From positions 258,602,001-258,666,000 of the forward strand of contig NC_067403.1 of assembly GCF_016432865.1 (NCBI RefSeq): a stretch of DNA of 64,000 bases. The letters are read 5' to 3'. The position numbers and the translations under genes are program-made. Under the pieces are notes generated by a model. That model was given only the letters and a program-made list of their open reading frames with translations, was not told where the DNA came from and did no database searches. The DNA is from Antechinus flavipes. Taxonomy: Eukaryota. Of the stretch, positions 63,186-64,000 are shown one piece after another; within the stretch, counting starts at the first letter, position 1; each line of letters opens with the position of its first letter.

Positions 63186-64000
63186 TCATGATGAGGTCTC
63201 CTGGGTGTTGGTGTGGGGGATGTCCCTCATCCCACCTCCCACCTCCTGCTCCTCCCCCAGGGCTCTCTGCAGGACCAGCCTGAGAGACTCCCTCCCTTTA
63301 TGCCCTTGTTTGCCCACAAAGAAATAAATGAAGGGGTTCATGCAGCTGTTCACGCAAGCCAGGGACTGAAAGAGGCTAAAAGGCATGAAATCTATTTTGA
63401 AGCGATCATTTATGAAATCTTGGAGCCCCAGTGGCAGGCCGAAGAGCAGGAACACAAGGACTGTGAGCATGACCAGGAGGTAGAGCCTGGGGAGCCGCCG
63501 GCGCCGGGAGCTGCATTGGACCCTCAGCAGCAGAGTCAGGCTGGACACGCACATCACACAGGTGAGGAGGAGAAACCACAGGAAGTGGATGATGAAGAAG
63601 TTGGGACAGAAGGAGTGAGGAAACACATAATTCCGAGTGACAAACTCTATGACTTCTGTCATGCCGGCCAGAGCCCAGATCCCAGAGCAGACCTTGGCCG
63701 ACATGTGCTTGGAGCGGAGACATTGGTACCAGATGGGGAAGAGCACGGAGAGACAGCGCTCAGTGGTGATCGCGGACAGGAGGTTCAGGCTCGCAATGTA
63801 GAACATGTATTGGAGGTAGGCCACTACGTTGTACGTTATAGGATAAACACAGGTAAGAAGGTTCATTAAGGACAACAGCAAGGAGCAGCAGAGGAAGAGG
63901 GTGTCGGCCCCCGCCAGGTTGAGGATGTAGACAGAGAAGGGGGTCCTCTGAATGCGGAAGCCCAGGAGCCACAGGACCGTGCCGTTCCCCAGCAGCCCAA
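63186..64000 (-). CDS. G4: MRGPR paralog, N-terminus beyond the window end
   Basis: The frame is open from 63998 (GLLGNGTVLWLLGFRIQRTPFSVYILNLAGADTLFLCCSLLL...) to TGA at 63186. The ORF track start at 63881 is an internal TTG. Confidence 0.93.
   Translation of the reverse strand, partial: GLLGNGTVLWLLGFRIQRTPFSVYILNLAGADTLFLCCSLLLSLMNLLTCVYPITYNVVAYLQYMFYIASLNLLSAITTERCLSVLFPIWYQCLRSKHMSAKVCSGIWALAGMTEVIEFVTRNYVFPHSFCPNFFIIHFLWFLLLTCVMCVSSLTLLLRVQCSSRRRRLPRLYLLVMLTVLVFLLFGLPLGLQDFINDRFKIDFMPFSLFQSLACVNSCMNPFIYFFVGKQGHKGRESLRLVLQRALGEEQEVGGGMRDIPHTNTQETSS

Noticed and set aside
1-64000. CRISPR-like arrays, tRNA/rRNA/snoRNA genes, intact ERV gag/pol/env
   Set aside because: No short repeat-spacer periodicity; tRNA-like boxes occur only in SINE heads; no retroviral ORF motifs were recognised.

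Overview
Eukaryotic, AT-rich, CpG-poor mammalian DNA. The L1 3' ends and WSINE1/MAR1-type SINEs point to a marsupial, probably a dasyurid (inference). The whole window is one head-to-tail tandem segmental-duplication array with a basal unit of about 15.6-15.9 kb; stop-codon anchors lie at 339, 13957, 30712, 47307 and 63186. Each unit carries one minus-strand Mas-related GPCR (MRGPR, MRGPRX/D-like) with a single coding exon. There is a decayed, older pseudogene (339-1226), intact genes G1 (13951-14916) and G3 (47307-48269), G2 (30684-31667) with 7 TM intact but a frameshift just after NPxxY, and G4 (63186 to beyond 64000) cut by the window edge. Intergenic sequence is a repeated mosaic of MIR/MAR1/L2 relics, old L1 3' ends, several LTRs and microsatellites, plus two young copy-specific L1 insertions with TSDs. 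The most notable signals are: (i) paralogs are nearly identical inside the cell but hypervariable around the extracellular pocket; (ii) all four lack the MRGPR-typical TM4 cysteine but share an invariant ECL1 cysteine, suggesting a re-wired disulfide; (iii) ancestry is a patchwork along the units; (iv) there are paralog-specific candidate 5'UTR exons. No prokaryotic features, tRNA/rRNA genes or CRISPR arrays were seen. Repeat family names come from recalled consensus similarity, not from a search, and repeat boundaries are approximate unless a TSD is given.
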